A stretch of DNA of 56,286 nt from contig JBDRQF010000054.1 of assembly GCA_043826435.1 (NCBI GenBank), positions 1-56,286 on the forward strand, in the 5' to 3' direction. This stretch comes from Elusimicrobiota bacterium. Lineage in GTDB: Bacteria > Elusimicrobiota > Endomicrobiia > CG1-02-37-114 > JAHJSO01. The notes beneath the pieces were generated by a model. The model saw only the letters and a list, made by a program, of their open reading frames with translations, was not told the origin of the DNA and made no database searches. Shown piece by piece: positions 1 through 10,104 of this stretch (positions within the stretch are counted from its first letter, which is position 1; every line of letters begins with the position of its first letter). Both the position numbers and the translations under genes were made by a program.

Positions 1-223
1 CCAGCACGGAGGAAAGGGATACGGGTGCCTCCTGCCTATCCGGACTGAACACTTCAAGACGGATTGCCGGCGCTTCCTTACCTGTCAGTGTCTTTTTCGC
101 AGGGCTACCCGACGCTTCAAGCGGAATAAATAAACAAACTGCAAGCGGAATAAATAAACAAAAAACACGAGAAAAAAACAAACACACCTCCGCTGACAGC
201 CCAATTAAATTACATTTTTTCAT
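1..223 (-). CDS. Partial (5' end) exported protein, possibly TlpA/redoxin family
   Basis: ATG at 223 directly follows the rpe stop. My translation is MKKCNLIGLSAEVCLFFSRVFCLFIPLAVCLFIPLEASGSPAKKTLTGKEAPAIRLEV..., open to the window edge. It has a hydrophobic signal-like segment, then a GKxAPxxxL motif like redoxin N-termini. Confidence 0.45.
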   Translation of the reverse strand, partial: MKKCNLIGLSAEVCLFFSRVFCLFIPLAVCLFIPLEASGSPAKKTLTGKEAPAIRLEVFSPDRQEAPVSLSSVL

Positions 224-919
224 TTAGTAATCCCCCTGGGCCAGCATGGCGGACCTCAATTTTTTGTAGTCCTCCGCGGGCTTCCCGCGGCCGAATATTG
301 AATTCCCGCACACAAGGACGTCGGCGCCTGCCGAAACCGCAGGGCCGATTGTCTTTTCGTTTATACCGCCGTCCACCTCTATCAAACATTTACAGTTGTT
401 TTTATCAATATATTCCCTTAAACTCTTTATTTTCTTTAATGCCCCTGGCATAAACTCCTGTCCGCCAAACCCCGGCTCAACCGACATCACCAGTACCAGA
501 TCCAACTCACGGATAAACGGATAAATAGCCGAAACAGGCGTAGATGGCTTTATTGACATGCCAGCCTTTTTATTGAGCCGTTTGATTTTGCGGACAAGCC
601 CGGCTGGGCCACCATGTCCACTTTGCCCGCCCGGCAAACCCGCCTCAAGATGGAACGTAATGTAATCCGCCCCGCTGTCCGAAAAGTCGTTTATATATCT
701 GTGCGGCTCCTTTATCATCAGGTGGACGTCAAATACGGACGAGCTCTCCCGCCTCAAAGACCTTATAACACAACTGCCGAAGGTTATGTTCGGGACAAAA
801 TGCCCGTCCATAACGTCCATATGAAAAATACGGGCGCCTTCTGCTTCCAACTGCCTTATCTGTCTGCCGAGGGCTGAAAAATCAGCGCTGAGTATGGATG
901 GCGCTATTTGTACACTCAC
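224..919 (-). CDS. rpe: Ribulose-phosphate 3-epimerase
   Basis: Motifs IAPSILSADF, HMDVMDGHFVPN, DVHLM, MSVEPGFGGQ and EVDGG. Confidence 0.97.
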   Translation of the reverse strand: MSVQIAPSILSADFSALGRQIRQLEAEGARIFHMDVMDGHFVPNITFGSCVIRSLRRESSSVFDVHLMIKEPHRYINDFSDSGADYITFHLEAGLPGGQSGHGGPAGLVRKIKRLNKKAGMSIKPSTPVSAIYPFIRELDLVLVMSVEPGFGGQEFMPGALKKIKSLREYIDKNNCKCLIEVDGGINEKTIGPAVSAGADVLVCGNSIFGRGKPAEDYKKLRSAMLAQGDY

Positions 920-1902
920 AGGTCTCTTTCCTCTATCAGAACGTTGTTGAGGAATATCCTTATTTTCGCTTTGCCTTTTCTCTGGACCGGCAAATCAATC
1001 TTACTGCCGGGCTGCTGTAGTCCCTCAAATATTTTTCTTTCGCCGTCGCCGTCAATCAGGACGACCCTGACCCTCTGCTCCTTTGACCCCTGCGGCACCT
1101 CATAATGAATCCCGGGCGGCAATTTTTGAAATACCTTTCCCTCTCCCGGAATGCCGGCGGACCCGGCAATGGACCCGGTGGCGGACCCGGCGACGGTAAT
1201 AATAACGGGTATGTCCTGAGTAAGCATGGTGTCGGGCTGGGGTTCCTGTCCGATTACGCTGCCCTGCACTGTGTCCCCCGGGAAATCGTTCTTCTCAACA
1301 ATCTCCGGATTTATGCCCTTTCCCCCGGCCCAGACCCTAACCTCTGCGACGTCCATCCCGGTGAAGTTGGGCATAAGTATTATGCCTTCGGGCGGCGGGC
1401 CTAGTGAGACGGTAATGTCCACCGGGGTATTTTTTGCCACTATCGTATCCGGTTCGGGGGACATTGAAATTACAATGTTTTTGTCGTACCTGATTGAATA
1501 TACAGTGTTTTTTGAGCCGACGCCCAGATGTCTCTGCCTTAACACCATCGCTGCCGACTTGTCCCTCTGGCCGACGATATCGGGCACAAACACCACATCG
1601 CCTCCCATACTGAGCGTAACCTTTATCATTTTCCCGGACCTCACCGTCATCCCGGCAGAAGGGTCCTGCTTCATCACGGCGCCCGTTGGTACCGACGGGT
1701 TGAACTCGTCGCCTGTTTTTATCATGCCGAGACCGGCCGCAGACAGGATATTAATGGCCTGTTCCAGCGGTCTATCCTGAATCTTCGGAACAATCACCTC
1801 GTCCCTGCTGTGGACAAGCGCCTCTATCGTCCAGTTTAACAGAAAATACATCGCCACCAGCGAGACAATTGATATAACGGAGTACTCAATGTATTTTTTC
1901 AT
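916..1902 (-). CDS. Membrane-anchored PASTA-domain protein (three PASTA repeats)
   Basis: N-terminal TM helix, then repeats of VP..G....A...L / Q.P.(A/P)G..V...I.L.VS.G. PASTA genes commonly lie next to rpe. Confidence 0.9.
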   Translation of the reverse strand: MKKYIEYSVISIVSLVAMYFLLNWTIEALVHSRDEVIVPKIQDRPLEQAINILSAAGLGMIKTGDEFNPSVPTGAVMKQDPSAGMTVRSGKMIKVTLSMGGDVVFVPDIVGQRDKSAAMVLRQRHLGVGSKNTVYSIRYDKNIVISMSPEPDTIVAKNTPVDITVSLGPPPEGIILMPNFTGMDVAEVRVWAGGKGINPEIVEKNDFPGDTVQGSVIGQEPQPDTMLTQDIPVIITVAGSATGSIAGSAGIPGEGKVFQKLPPGIHYEVPQGSKEQRVRVVLIDGDGERKIFEGLQQPGSKIDLPVQRKGKAKIRIFLNNVLIEERDL

Positions 1903-1945
1903 AGTAACATTTTATTTTCGCTGAAAACACTTTTTCAACACTCTC

Positions 1946-1974
1946 ATATTACCAAAAAAAACCCGGTTTGTCAA
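1946..1974 (-). promoter_or_regulatory. Sigma70-type internal promoter for PASTA-rpe
   Basis: Minus strand reads TTGACA-17 bp-TAATAT. The -35 overlaps the upstream stop codon. Confidence 0.6.
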
Positions 1975-4796
1975 AACGCCATGCCCAGTGTGAAAAGGAA
2001 TTCATACCTGTCGGTTAAGGGTGAATAAGTCAGGTAAAAATTCAACGGCAGGTAAAATGCCTGTAAAATGAACGTATCAAACTTCAGTCCCACCCCGTAA
2101 CAATACCTGATGTCCGACGAAAGCGGGTCCCTGTCCGTCCATACGACCCCCGTATCCGCCAGGATAGAACCGTAGAACGACTTAAAAAAGAAATCCGGGA
2201 AAATATACCACATGTAGTAATTTATGTCATAAACAATCGGGAACCTCCATTCCAGGGAATGCAGGAACAGGTTTGAGCCGTACCATGGTTCTATATATCT
2301 ATTGTTTTTGTCAAGGGGGGTGTGTCTCAGACGGTTGTAGCCGTAAAGCCCGAAATTATACCTGTCCCTTCCGGCGCTGGTCATTCCCAGTACGCGCGTT
2401 GCAAGGACATGCTCCCTGCCTAACGGGAAGAACCTGTGGGCTTCCACCGATGTGTTCTGGTATTCAAAATCGGCGCCGAAAGAACGGGTCCCGGCCGTCT
2501 GCGTAATTTTCAGTCGGTATCCCCTTGTCACCTCAATGTATTTCCCGGCTGAAGTGTCTCTGACAATTGACATCTGCGCGGCATGGTCCTTCGCAACCGC
2601 TCTTATATCCGGCGCCAGCCTGTCCCTCATGCTTATCATTGAGTGCTTCAGGATAAAATCAACCCTGTTAAACCTGCTGAAAGGATAACTCACCCCTGCA
2701 TACTGGGAATGGCTCTGGCTGTGGTATCTCGCGTACCAGTCAATATATCCTCCGTCGCCCTGCAGGGCCAGAAATACCTGCGGTCTGAACCGTGAATACC
2801 TGTAAACGAATTGGTAGTTCATGAACTCCGCGGCGCTTACGTACTGCGTGTAAAATGTAGCGGAGTGGTTGCCCGTCATCTCGGACAACTGCCAGTATAA
2901 AGCAAGGTAGAGCCCGTCAAGGGTGGAATAATACAACACCGGAAAGAACAAATCGGTTGACGGGTGAAACCTGTACGGGCTGTACGACAATCCCCTGCCC
3001 GTTATTCCGTCAGCGGGCATCTCCGACTGTCCCGCCCGGCTATGCTTTGAATAAAATATCGCCCTGTTTTCCAGTTTGTCTATGTCCGCCATGAAAACGT
3101 GTTTTTCGCCTTTGCGGTATGAACTGAAAACAATTGATCGTCCGTCGGTTGAAAAGGAGGGCGTAAAATTCCCCCCTATCACGTTCGTAAGTTTCCTTGT
3201 TTCCATCGTGGCGAGGTCAAGGGCGTAGAGGTCATATACGCCATCTTTATCGGATACGAATATAACGGTGGCGTCGTCGGGTGAAATTGCGGGAGAAAAC
3301 TCGTCTTTTGAAAAATCAGTCAGACGGGTAGTACTGCCCGTCTCAATGTCTAATTTATACAGGTCCCTCTGGTGCGGCCTTTCAATGTCATTGACCGTGC
3401 GTTCTTTTGCAAAAACAATAAACTTACCGTTTTTTGAAAGGACTGCGTCCGAGACGGAATTAAAATCGCTGGTGTGCCTGCGGAGGTTTTTACCGTCCAG
3501 GTCCGATGAATATATGTCCGTATGCCCCCCCCGCATGCCTATAAAGACAACCCTCCTGCCGTCGTGCGATATGTCGGCCGAGTTTATAACGCTGAAATCA
3601 AGTTCTATCCTTTCAATGCCTCGGCTCTTCATATCGTAAATATAAATGCGGTCTTTCTGCTCCTTTTCCCCGACAAAAACAAGGTATCTCCCATCGCCGC
3701 TTACAGAAATCCCCCTGCCCAACCTGCTTATGTTTTCAACATAATCAATGTCTCTCTTCCCTACAAGCGTCGTCGTTTTCCCTGAACGCGCATCCTGCAT
3801 AACTATCTCTTCAACTCCGCGTTTATCCGTGATGAACGCTATCCTGCTGTCCTTCCCGCCCATGTCTCCGGGCAAAAATACGGGATTCGTATTGAACGTC
3901 CAGTATATATTCGGTTTTGTTACCCTTAACCCGTATTCCTGCGGCTCCTTCATCCCTGCCGAGGCAAACCTGTATTTGTCCTCCATGTGCTCCCTGAATT
4001 TTACGTCCAGGTTTTGCAACGTGATATTGATTGTTTCAAGCAGGACGGAGGCGGCGTCAAATTTATCCTTGTAGGAGTTAAGTATTTCGTACGGTTTTTG
4101 CTCGCCGTACTCTTCCACTATAAAATCCATAAGCGCGTGGCTCTCCTTGTAGGCAAGCGTCACATAATGGGGTTTAAGGTGGGAAAAATTTTGCATCTTG
4201 TCCAGAGGGATAAGGTTGCCGGAAAGCGTGGCGTCCCGCAAATACATTTCTTTCTCCGTTAACCCCAGCGCACCCGTATGATATTCCGCCAGACCTTCCA
4301 TAAGCCAGAGCGGGTAAATCGGAAACTTGAGTAACTTCGCCGACTTCCAGAAACCAGAAAACAAAACGGCATACTGGACCTCATGGGCGAACTCGTGATG
4401 CATAACATACTCAAGCCACGCGCGCGACCCCAGGTGGGGAACAACAAGCCGGTTTTTAAACGCCTCGGTAACACCGCCCGTCCCCTCTCCTATATCCGTA
4501 ATATTTGTCTGTTCAAACTCGTTGTGTCCGATGTACAAAAATACCGGAATTTTCTCAGTTATTTCAACCCCCGACAGGGCAGTTGCCCGCCTGTAAACCC
4601 TCTCCAGCAAGTCAACAAAGAAAGGCAGAACGTTCCTGCCCTCCTCGTAAAAATACACGTCAAAGTGTTCCGTGTGGCATATCTCCCACCGGAAGTCCCT
4701 TGTGATTACCTTGTTCTTGCCGAAGGGCTGTAGGGGTAATTGCAACGCGGACAAAATAACCGCCGACATGATTACTCCGCGGATGTATTTCTTCAT
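1971..4796 (-). CDS. Omp85/BamA-like outer-membrane protein with N-terminal HExxH peptidase domain and TolB-like (PD40) propeller
   Basis: Signal peptide, HHEFAHE...WLMEGLAEY (peptidase MA-like), repeated SPD/SxDG propeller motifs, and C-terminal amphipathic beta strands ending in Phe. Confidence 0.8.
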   Translation of the reverse strand: MKKYIRGVIMSAVILSALQLPLQPFGKNKVITRDFRWEICHTEHFDVYFYEEGRNVLPFFVDLLERVYRRATALSGVEITEKIPVFLYIGHNEFEQTNITDIGEGTGGVTEAFKNRLVVPHLGSRAWLEYVMHHEFAHEVQYAVLFSGFWKSAKLLKFPIYPLWLMEGLAEYHTGALGLTEKEMYLRDATLSGNLIPLDKMQNFSHLKPHYVTLAYKESHALMDFIVEEYGEQKPYEILNSYKDKFDAASVLLETINITLQNLDVKFREHMEDKYRFASAGMKEPQEYGLRVTKPNIYWTFNTNPVFLPGDMGGKDSRIAFITDKRGVEEIVMQDARSGKTTTLVGKRDIDYVENISRLGRGISVSGDGRYLVFVGEKEQKDRIYIYDMKSRGIERIELDFSVINSADISHDGRRVVFIGMRGGHTDIYSSDLDGKNLRRHTSDFNSVSDAVLSKNGKFIVFAKERTVNDIERPHQRDLYKLDIETGSTTRLTDFSKDEFSPAISPDDATVIFVSDKDGVYDLYALDLATMETRKLTNVIGGNFTPSFSTDGRSIVFSSYRKGEKHVFMADIDKLENRAIFYSKHSRAGQSEMPADGITGRGLSYSPYRFHPSTDLFFPVLYYSTLDGLYLALYWQLSEMTGNHSATFYTQYVSAAEFMNYQFVYRYSRFRPQVFLALQGDGGYIDWYARYHSQSHSQYAGVSYPFSRFNRVDFILKHSMISMRDRLAPDIRAVAKDHAAQMSIVRDTSAGKYIEVTRGYRLKITQTAGTRSFGADFEYQNTSVEAHRFFPLGREHVLATRVLGMTSAGRDRYNFGLYGYNRLRHTPLDKNNRYIEPWYGSNLFLHSLEWRFPIVYDINYYMWYIFPDFFFKSFYGSILADTGVVWTDRDPLSSDIRYCYGVGLKFDTFILQAFYLPLNFYLTYSPLTDRYEFLFTLGMAF

Positions 4797-4835
4797 GGGA
4801 CATGAAATGGGACATGAAATGGACGGGCTAACGGG

Positions 4836-6482
4836 CTATTCCTCTTCAAGTATATCTATCAACTGCGCCTTGGGAACCACCGAATATTTTTCTATAAGTT
4901 CCCTTTCCCTGTCGTTTTCCATTCTCTTTATTGAGATGTCAATCTTTCTGGTATCCCTGTCGGAACGGATAACCTTCGCCTCTACTTCCTGGTCTATGTT
5001 GAAGAGTTCGGCGGGGTGTTTGCCCTTTTCCCTGCTCATCTCCGACTTGTGTATGAAAGCGTCAACCCCTTCGCCAAGTTTAACGTACACGCCGAAATCA
5101 ACAATTTTCACAACGTTTCCTTTTACAATTTTACCGGCGCCAAATTTCTCATAAGGGTCTTCGGTAAGATGTTTAATGGACAGCACCGCCTTCTCTTCTT
5201 CAGGGTTTATCTCAGTAACTACCGCCTCTATCTCGTCGCCGACACCGAGTACTTCCTTGGGGTGGTTGATTTTCTTCATCCATGACATATCCTGTATGTG
5301 GATCAGCCCTTCTTTATCCCCGGGCAATGAAACAAAAGCCCCGAAAGGAGCGAGCCGCGTAACACAGCCCCTGACTTTTGTCCCTGCGGGGTAGTCGTTT
5401 CTGAACTTCTCCCACGGGTTAAGCAACAACCGTTTGATGGACAGCGAAATCCGTTCATTGCTCCTGCTCACGTCCACTACCTTTACGTCCACCTCTTCCT
5501 CAACATGCAGGACGTTCTTAATATCGTCCGTCTTCCCATCCCATGAAAGTTCAGACACGTGCAACAATCCTTCAACACCGGGTTCAAGTTCAATAAATGC
5601 GCCGAAACCGGTAATTGAATTTACCTTCCCCCTGACTATACTGCCGGCGGGATATTTCTCTTCAACTTTGTCCCAGGGATGCGGCTTCAGGTGCTTTATC
5701 CCGAGCGATATTTTATTCGTTTGCTTATCCAGTTTAAGTACTTTCGCCTTGACGGTATCGCCTATTTTCACAACATCGCCCGTTTTTTCAACCCTCTGCC
5801 AGGACAGGTCGCTTATGTGGACAAGTCCGTCAATACCTCCGACGTCAACAAAGGCGCCGAAGTCGGTAACACCCGTAACCTTCCCCTCAATGACGTCCCC
5901 AGGCTTCAGGTCGGTTATGACCTTGTCAGCTATAATCTTTTTCTCGGACTCAACCCATTTTCTGTGCGATACCACCGCATCCTTTTTCCTGTCGTTGATT
6001 TCCGTTACAAATACGTTTATTACCCTGCCGGGGACGTCTTTTGAATCCCCGCCATCTGTCTTTTCCGCAACCAGCTGGGACGCCGGCAGAAAAGCGTCAA
6101 TGCCGATGTCAACAATGTAGCCGCCCTTAATCTTTTTGACGATAACCGCCCTGACCGGGCTGGACGACCGCTGGGCAGCGACTATGTCCTTCCACACCAT
6201 TTTCTGTCTTGCCTGCACATATGAAACAACCCTGTGGCCTCCCCTTATTTCAGGCAGAAGTACAACCGGTATCTCCTTGCCTGGAGCCAGATCCTTGGGG
6301 ATACCCCCGTGCCCGAATTCAGCGACGGGTATTATGCCCTCGTATTTTGTCCCCATGTGTACGAGGACCCCGTTTTCATTTATGTTCACAATTTGAACAG
6401 TTGCCATGCCTCCGACCTCGGGCTCGGAATAACCCTTTAGCATGTCCTCAAAATTCATTTCTACTTCATTCAACTCATCCAT
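4836..6482 (-). CDS. rpsA: 30S ribosomal protein S1
   Basis: Six S1 repeats, e.g. TDFGAFVDVGGIDGLVHISDLSW and FGAFIELEPGVEGLLHVSELSW. Confidence 0.96.
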   Translation of the reverse strand: MDELNEVEMNFEDMLKGYSEPEVGGMATVQIVNINENGVLVHMGTKYEGIIPVAEFGHGGIPKDLAPGKEIPVVLLPEIRGGHRVVSYVQARQKMVWKDIVAAQRSSSPVRAVIVKKIKGGYIVDIGIDAFLPASQLVAEKTDGGDSKDVPGRVINVFVTEINDRKKDAVVSHRKWVESEKKIIADKVITDLKPGDVIEGKVTGVTDFGAFVDVGGIDGLVHISDLSWQRVEKTGDVVKIGDTVKAKVLKLDKQTNKISLGIKHLKPHPWDKVEEKYPAGSIVRGKVNSITGFGAFIELEPGVEGLLHVSELSWDGKTDDIKNVLHVEEEVDVKVVDVSRSNERISLSIKRLLLNPWEKFRNDYPAGTKVRGCVTRLAPFGAFVSLPGDKEGLIHIQDMSWMKKINHPKEVLGVGDEIEAVVTEINPEEEKAVLSIKHLTEDPYEKFGAGKIVKGNVVKIVDFGVYVKLGEGVDAFIHKSEMSREKGKHPAELFNIDQEVEAKVIRSDRDTRKIDISIKRMENDRERELIEKYSVVPKAQLIDILEEE

Positions 6483-6535
6483 TTTGTCTTATCCTCCTTA
6501 GTGTAGTGTTACAAACAGTTCTTTACATTTTGGTT

Positions 6536-6570
6536 GTCATTGCGAGGAGCGTTAGCGACGAAGCAATCTC
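6536..6570 (+). repeat. One arm of a GTCATTGCGAG...GAAGCAATCTC palindromic repeat (RPE/REP-like family)
   Basis: gtcattgcgaggagcgttagcgacgaagcaatctc matches the widespread GTCATTGCGAGGAGCxxxGCGACGAAGCAATCT element. The complementary arm is not evident. Confidence 0.7.
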
Positions 6571-6605
6571 ATTGCTGTGCGGGTCGCGCAATAGCTTCTC
6601 TGTAT

Positions 6606-7463
6606 TTATCGTGCAGGTTTACATCCCTGCATCATATTTATCCTTGCACTTACACCTTTTATCAGCCAGTCGGGTGTGGAGGCGCCGGCCGATATGCCCA
6701 CAAGACCCGCCCCCCTGAACCATGTTTTTCTTAATTCTTCCGCCGACTCAATGTGATATGTCCGGACATACTTTGATGAAATGTCTTTCAGCCTGGTCGT
6801 ATTTGCGGAATTTTTGCCGCCCACTATTATCATTAAATCAACCCGGCCCGCAAGCCCTTCAGTTTCTTTCTGTCTTTCCGACGCCGCATTACAGATTGTA
6901 TTGAATATCTTTACCCTGCTGAACCTGCGTTTTATTTCGTCCACAAGCGCTTTGAATGCCCCTACCGACTGGGTCGTCTGGCTCACAACCGCTATAGGTT
7001 CGTCCATTTTAAGTTTTTTTATTTCCACGGCGCTGTTAACTACCTGCACAGGCCCAAGCGAGTAGGACACAAGCCCTATGGTTTCAGGGTGGTTCTTTTC
7101 GCCTATTATTATTACGGAGTATCCCTCTTTTGAAAGGGTTTCTACCAACCGCTGCACCCTCTTTACAAAAGGGCAGGTCGCATCAATAAGCGACAGGTCT
7201 TTTGTTTTAAGTTCGTCCATGATGCCCTTTGTGAGCCCGTGGGTACGTATGAGGAGTATCCCCTTTTTGAGACGCCGTATTGACGACACCGACTTCACGC
7301 CCAGCCGCTCAAGGCGTTTTACCTCATACCGGTTGTGTATCAGCGGGCCTAACGTATATATCCTCTCCTTGTTCCTGCCGGATATACTCTCAGCCATCTC
7401 AATCGCCTTTTTCACCCCGTAACAGAAACCGGACTTTTTTGAAACTATTATTTTAGTTCCCAT
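6606..7463 (-). CDS. ispH: 4-hydroxy-3-methylbut-2-enyl diphosphate reductase
   Basis: Motifs GFCYGVKKA, LIHN, IRTHG, DATCPFV, SQTT, NTICNA, SANT and SAGASTP. Confidence 0.97.
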   Translation of the reverse strand: MGTKIIVSKKSGFCYGVKKAIEMAESISGRNKERIYTLGPLIHNRYEVKRLERLGVKSVSSIRRLKKGILLIRTHGLTKGIMDELKTKDLSLIDATCPFVKRVQRLVETLSKEGYSVIIIGEKNHPETIGLVSYSLGPVQVVNSAVEIKKLKMDEPIAVVSQTTQSVGAFKALVDEIKRRFSRVKIFNTICNAASERQKETEGLAGRVDLMIIVGGKNSANTTRLKDISSKYVRTYHIESAEELRKTWFRGAGLVGISAGASTPDWLIKGVSARINMMQGCKPAR

Positions 7464-8094
7464 TTTCTTCAGTTATCGCCTGTTTTATCCGTTCCATCGC
7501 CTCAAGTGCAATCGCTTCGTAAGTGGAACGGTCGTAACCGGCAGGAGGAAAAACCGGCGGCAAAAAACGGACCACTACTCTCTTGAAACCCGTCAGTTTA
7601 TCTGAATTCAGCACCATACACGGAACAACAGGCGCCCCCGTCATGCACGACAGGATACCGACCCCGCTCTTGAACCTGAAATCGCCTTGCATCCTGATGC
7701 CGCCCTGCGGGAACATAAGCAAAATTTTATTTTCTTTAATAATTCTGTGGGCTGTTCTTATCGCAGTGATATCCGCAGAGATACGGTCAACGGGAAAAGC
7801 ATTGACATTGCGAAGAACCCATCCGAATAATGGAAAATCAAAAAGTTCTTTCTTGGCAAAATAAAATATCGGACTTGTAATACATGCCCCTATAAGCGGG
7901 GGGTCAGAATAACTTGTGTGGTTGGCCGCTATAATTACCCCTGTATTTTTAGGCAGATTCTGTAGCCCGATGATTCTAAGCCGCCAGAATGTCTTAAACA
8001 TCGCCCTGAAGAAAATCCACCCCGCCCTGTACATAAACCTAGCGATGGCGCCTCTGTTGCCGCGATCCTCACTGCTTCCGTATTTCTCTCGCAT
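7453..8094 (-). CDS. plsC: 1-acyl-sn-glycerol-3-phosphate acyltransferase
   Basis: NHTSYSDP (HX4D), AKKELF and FPQG (FPEG-like) blocks, in the cmk-plsC-ispH-rpsA context. Confidence 0.9.
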   Translation of the reverse strand: MREKYGSSEDRGNRGAIARFMYRAGWIFFRAMFKTFWRLRIIGLQNLPKNTGVIIAANHTSYSDPPLIGACITSPIFYFAKKELFDFPLFGWVLRNVNAFPVDRISADITAIRTAHRIIKENKILLMFPQGGIRMQGDFRFKSGVGILSCMTGAPVVPCMVLNSDKLTGFKRVVVRFLPPVFPPAGYDRSTYEAIALEAMERIKQAITEENGN

Positions 8095-8767
8095 TTACCT
8101 TTACCCTGTTCTTTACCCTGTTTACGATAAAATTTGCCACTTCGGCAAGCGTCATGTCTGTAGAATCAATCATGAGTGCGTCCTTCGCCTGTTTCAGCGG
8201 GTTTATCCCTCTTGTTTTGTCCAGGTAATCCCGCCGGGCGATTGAATTTTCTATCCGCCCGTAGTCAACCTTCTCGCCTTTCTGCTTCAGTTCCTTATAG
8301 CGCCTCTTTGCCCTCTCCTCAGGCGATGCATCCAGGTAAAACTTGAATTCAGCCGAGGGGAACACGCATGTCCCGATGTCCCTGCCTTCCATTACGACGC
8401 CGCCTTTCTTACCCATCTTCTGCTGCATCTTCCTGAGTATCTTCCTGACGCCCTGCACGCTTGCCACGACGTTCGTACACTCCGAGACCTTCTCGTCGCG
8501 GATTTCCTTCGTAACGTCCATACCGTCTATGATGACCCTGATTCTGTCGTCAACCCTTTCAAATTCAATCTTCGTCCTTTCAGCCAGTTTTACCAGGTCC
8601 TCCCCTGAACGCAGGTCCACACGGTTTATAATGGCAATGTACGTAAGCGCCCTGTACATTGCGCCCGTGTCTATATAGACATATCCCATCCGCCTTGCGA
8701 CCATTTTTGCAATCGTTGATTTGCCCGCTCCCGCGGGTCCGTCAATCGCTATGATAAATTTTTTCAT
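8069..8767 (-). CDS. cmk: Cytidylate kinase
   Basis: IAIDGPAGAGKST, DTGAMYR and EGRDIGT. Start placed at MKKFII (8767); an alternative ATG at 8803 overlaps the aroA stop. Confidence 0.96.
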   Translation of the reverse strand: MKKFIIAIDGPAGAGKSTIAKMVARRMGYVYIDTGAMYRALTYIAIINRVDLRSGEDLVKLAERTKIEFERVDDRIRVIIDGMDVTKEIRDEKVSECTNVVASVQGVRKILRKMQQKMGKKGGVVMEGRDIGTCVFPSAEFKFYLDASPEERAKRRYKELKQKGEKVDYGRIENSIARRDYLDKTRGINPLKQAKDALMIDSTDMTLAEVANFIVNRVKNRVKVNAREIRKQ

Positions 8768-8799
8768 ACGACACCGCAAATTATGCCGCAATAAAACTT

Positions 8800-10104
8800 T
8801 CATATGCTTTCCATTACATCCCAGAACCCCGGAAACGATATGTCCACGCAACCGGGGTCCTCTATGATGGTTTCCCCGTCGGCGATAAGCCCCGCAACCG
8901 CAAGCGTCATTGCAATCCTGTGGTCGCCGTAACTCTTAACCCCTGCCCCTTTCAGGGGGGTTTTCCCCTCTATGGTAAAGCCGTCCGGCAATTCCGTAAT
9001 CCTTGCGCCTAATTTGTTGAGTTCCGTTGCGATTGACTTTATCCTGTCGCTTTCCTTCACCCGCAGTTCGGCAACGTTTCTGATTATGGTCTTTCCCTCC
9101 GCCTGGGTTGCGGCCAGGACAAGCAGGGGTATTTCGTCTATCATTGACGGTATCAGTGACGGCTCGTCAACGGTTACGCCCGAAAAACGTCTCCCGCTTC
9201 TTACAACTATGTCGCCGACCGGTTCGTTGCACACGTCTTTTCTGTTGTTGATAATTATTTCCCCGCCCAGTTTTAGAAGTGTTTTTATGATACCGTCACG
9301 CAAAGGGTTTAACCCGACGTTTTTTATTTCTATCTCCGAGCCAGGTACAAGCATTCCTGCGACGACAAAATACGCCGCAGACGAAATGTCGCCCGGGACA
9401 AAAATTTCTTTCGCTTTAAGTTTAACCGGACCGTTAATAATCTTTTCCTCACCGCCGTCTTTTACCGACGCTCCAAAATAGGCGAGCATCCGCTCCGTAT
9501 GGTCCCTGGTGTGATATGGGTCAACGACGACAGTTGCGCCTTCCGCCTGCATTCCTGCAAGTAAAACGCAGGACTTTACCTGGGCGCTTGCAACCGGCAG
9601 GGCATATCTTATTGGTTTCAGGTCAGGATTGCCTTTTATTTTTAACGGAGGGTATTTCCCTTCCCTTGCAGATATATCCGATCCCATTTCACTCAGCGGG
9701 ACGATTATGCGGTCCATCGGCCTGCCGGACAAACTTTCGTCCCCGAAAATCTCGCAGGTTATATCCTGCCCCGCTACGACGCCAGACACCAACCGTATGG
9801 TTGTCCCGGAATTGCCTGCATCCAGTGGCCCGGCCGGCTGCTTCAGCCCGTCTATCCCGACGCCCTCAACCGTAAGATTAGCGTCCGAAAGTTTCCCGCC
9901 GGGAAATTTTTGAATCTTTACACCCATGTCCCTGAAAACACCGGTTGTCCGCCTGCAGTCGTCCGAATCCAGGTAGTTGTGAATGGTTGACTTTCCTTCT
10001 GAAAGAGAGGAGAGTATTACCGCCCTGTGTGTTATTGATTTGTCCCCGGGGACGTTTAGGGTTGTTTTAATCTTTTCTTTTGGCCTGATACTAACAGTTG
10101 GCAT
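8800..10104 (-). CDS. aroA: 3-phosphoshikimate 1-carboxyvinyltransferase (class II EPSPS)
   Basis: Motifs PGDKSITHR, GNSGTT, SAQVKS, RDHTE, KESDR and DHRIAM. Confidence 0.97.
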   Translation of the reverse strand: MPTVSIRPKEKIKTTLNVPGDKSITHRAVILSSLSEGKSTIHNYLDSDDCRRTTGVFRDMGVKIQKFPGGKLSDANLTVEGVGIDGLKQPAGPLDAGNSGTTIRLVSGVVAGQDITCEIFGDESLSGRPMDRIIVPLSEMGSDISAREGKYPPLKIKGNPDLKPIRYALPVASAQVKSCVLLAGMQAEGATVVVDPYHTRDHTERMLAYFGASVKDGGEEKIINGPVKLKAKEIFVPGDISSAAYFVVAGMLVPGSEIEIKNVGLNPLRDGIIKTLLKLGGEIIINNRKDVCNEPVGDIVVRSGRRFSGVTVDEPSLIPSMIDEIPLLVLAATQAEGKTIIRNVAELRVKESDRIKSIATELNKLGARITELPDGFTIEGKTPLKGAGVKSYGDHRIAMTLAVAGLIADGETIIEDPGCVDISFPGFWDVMESI

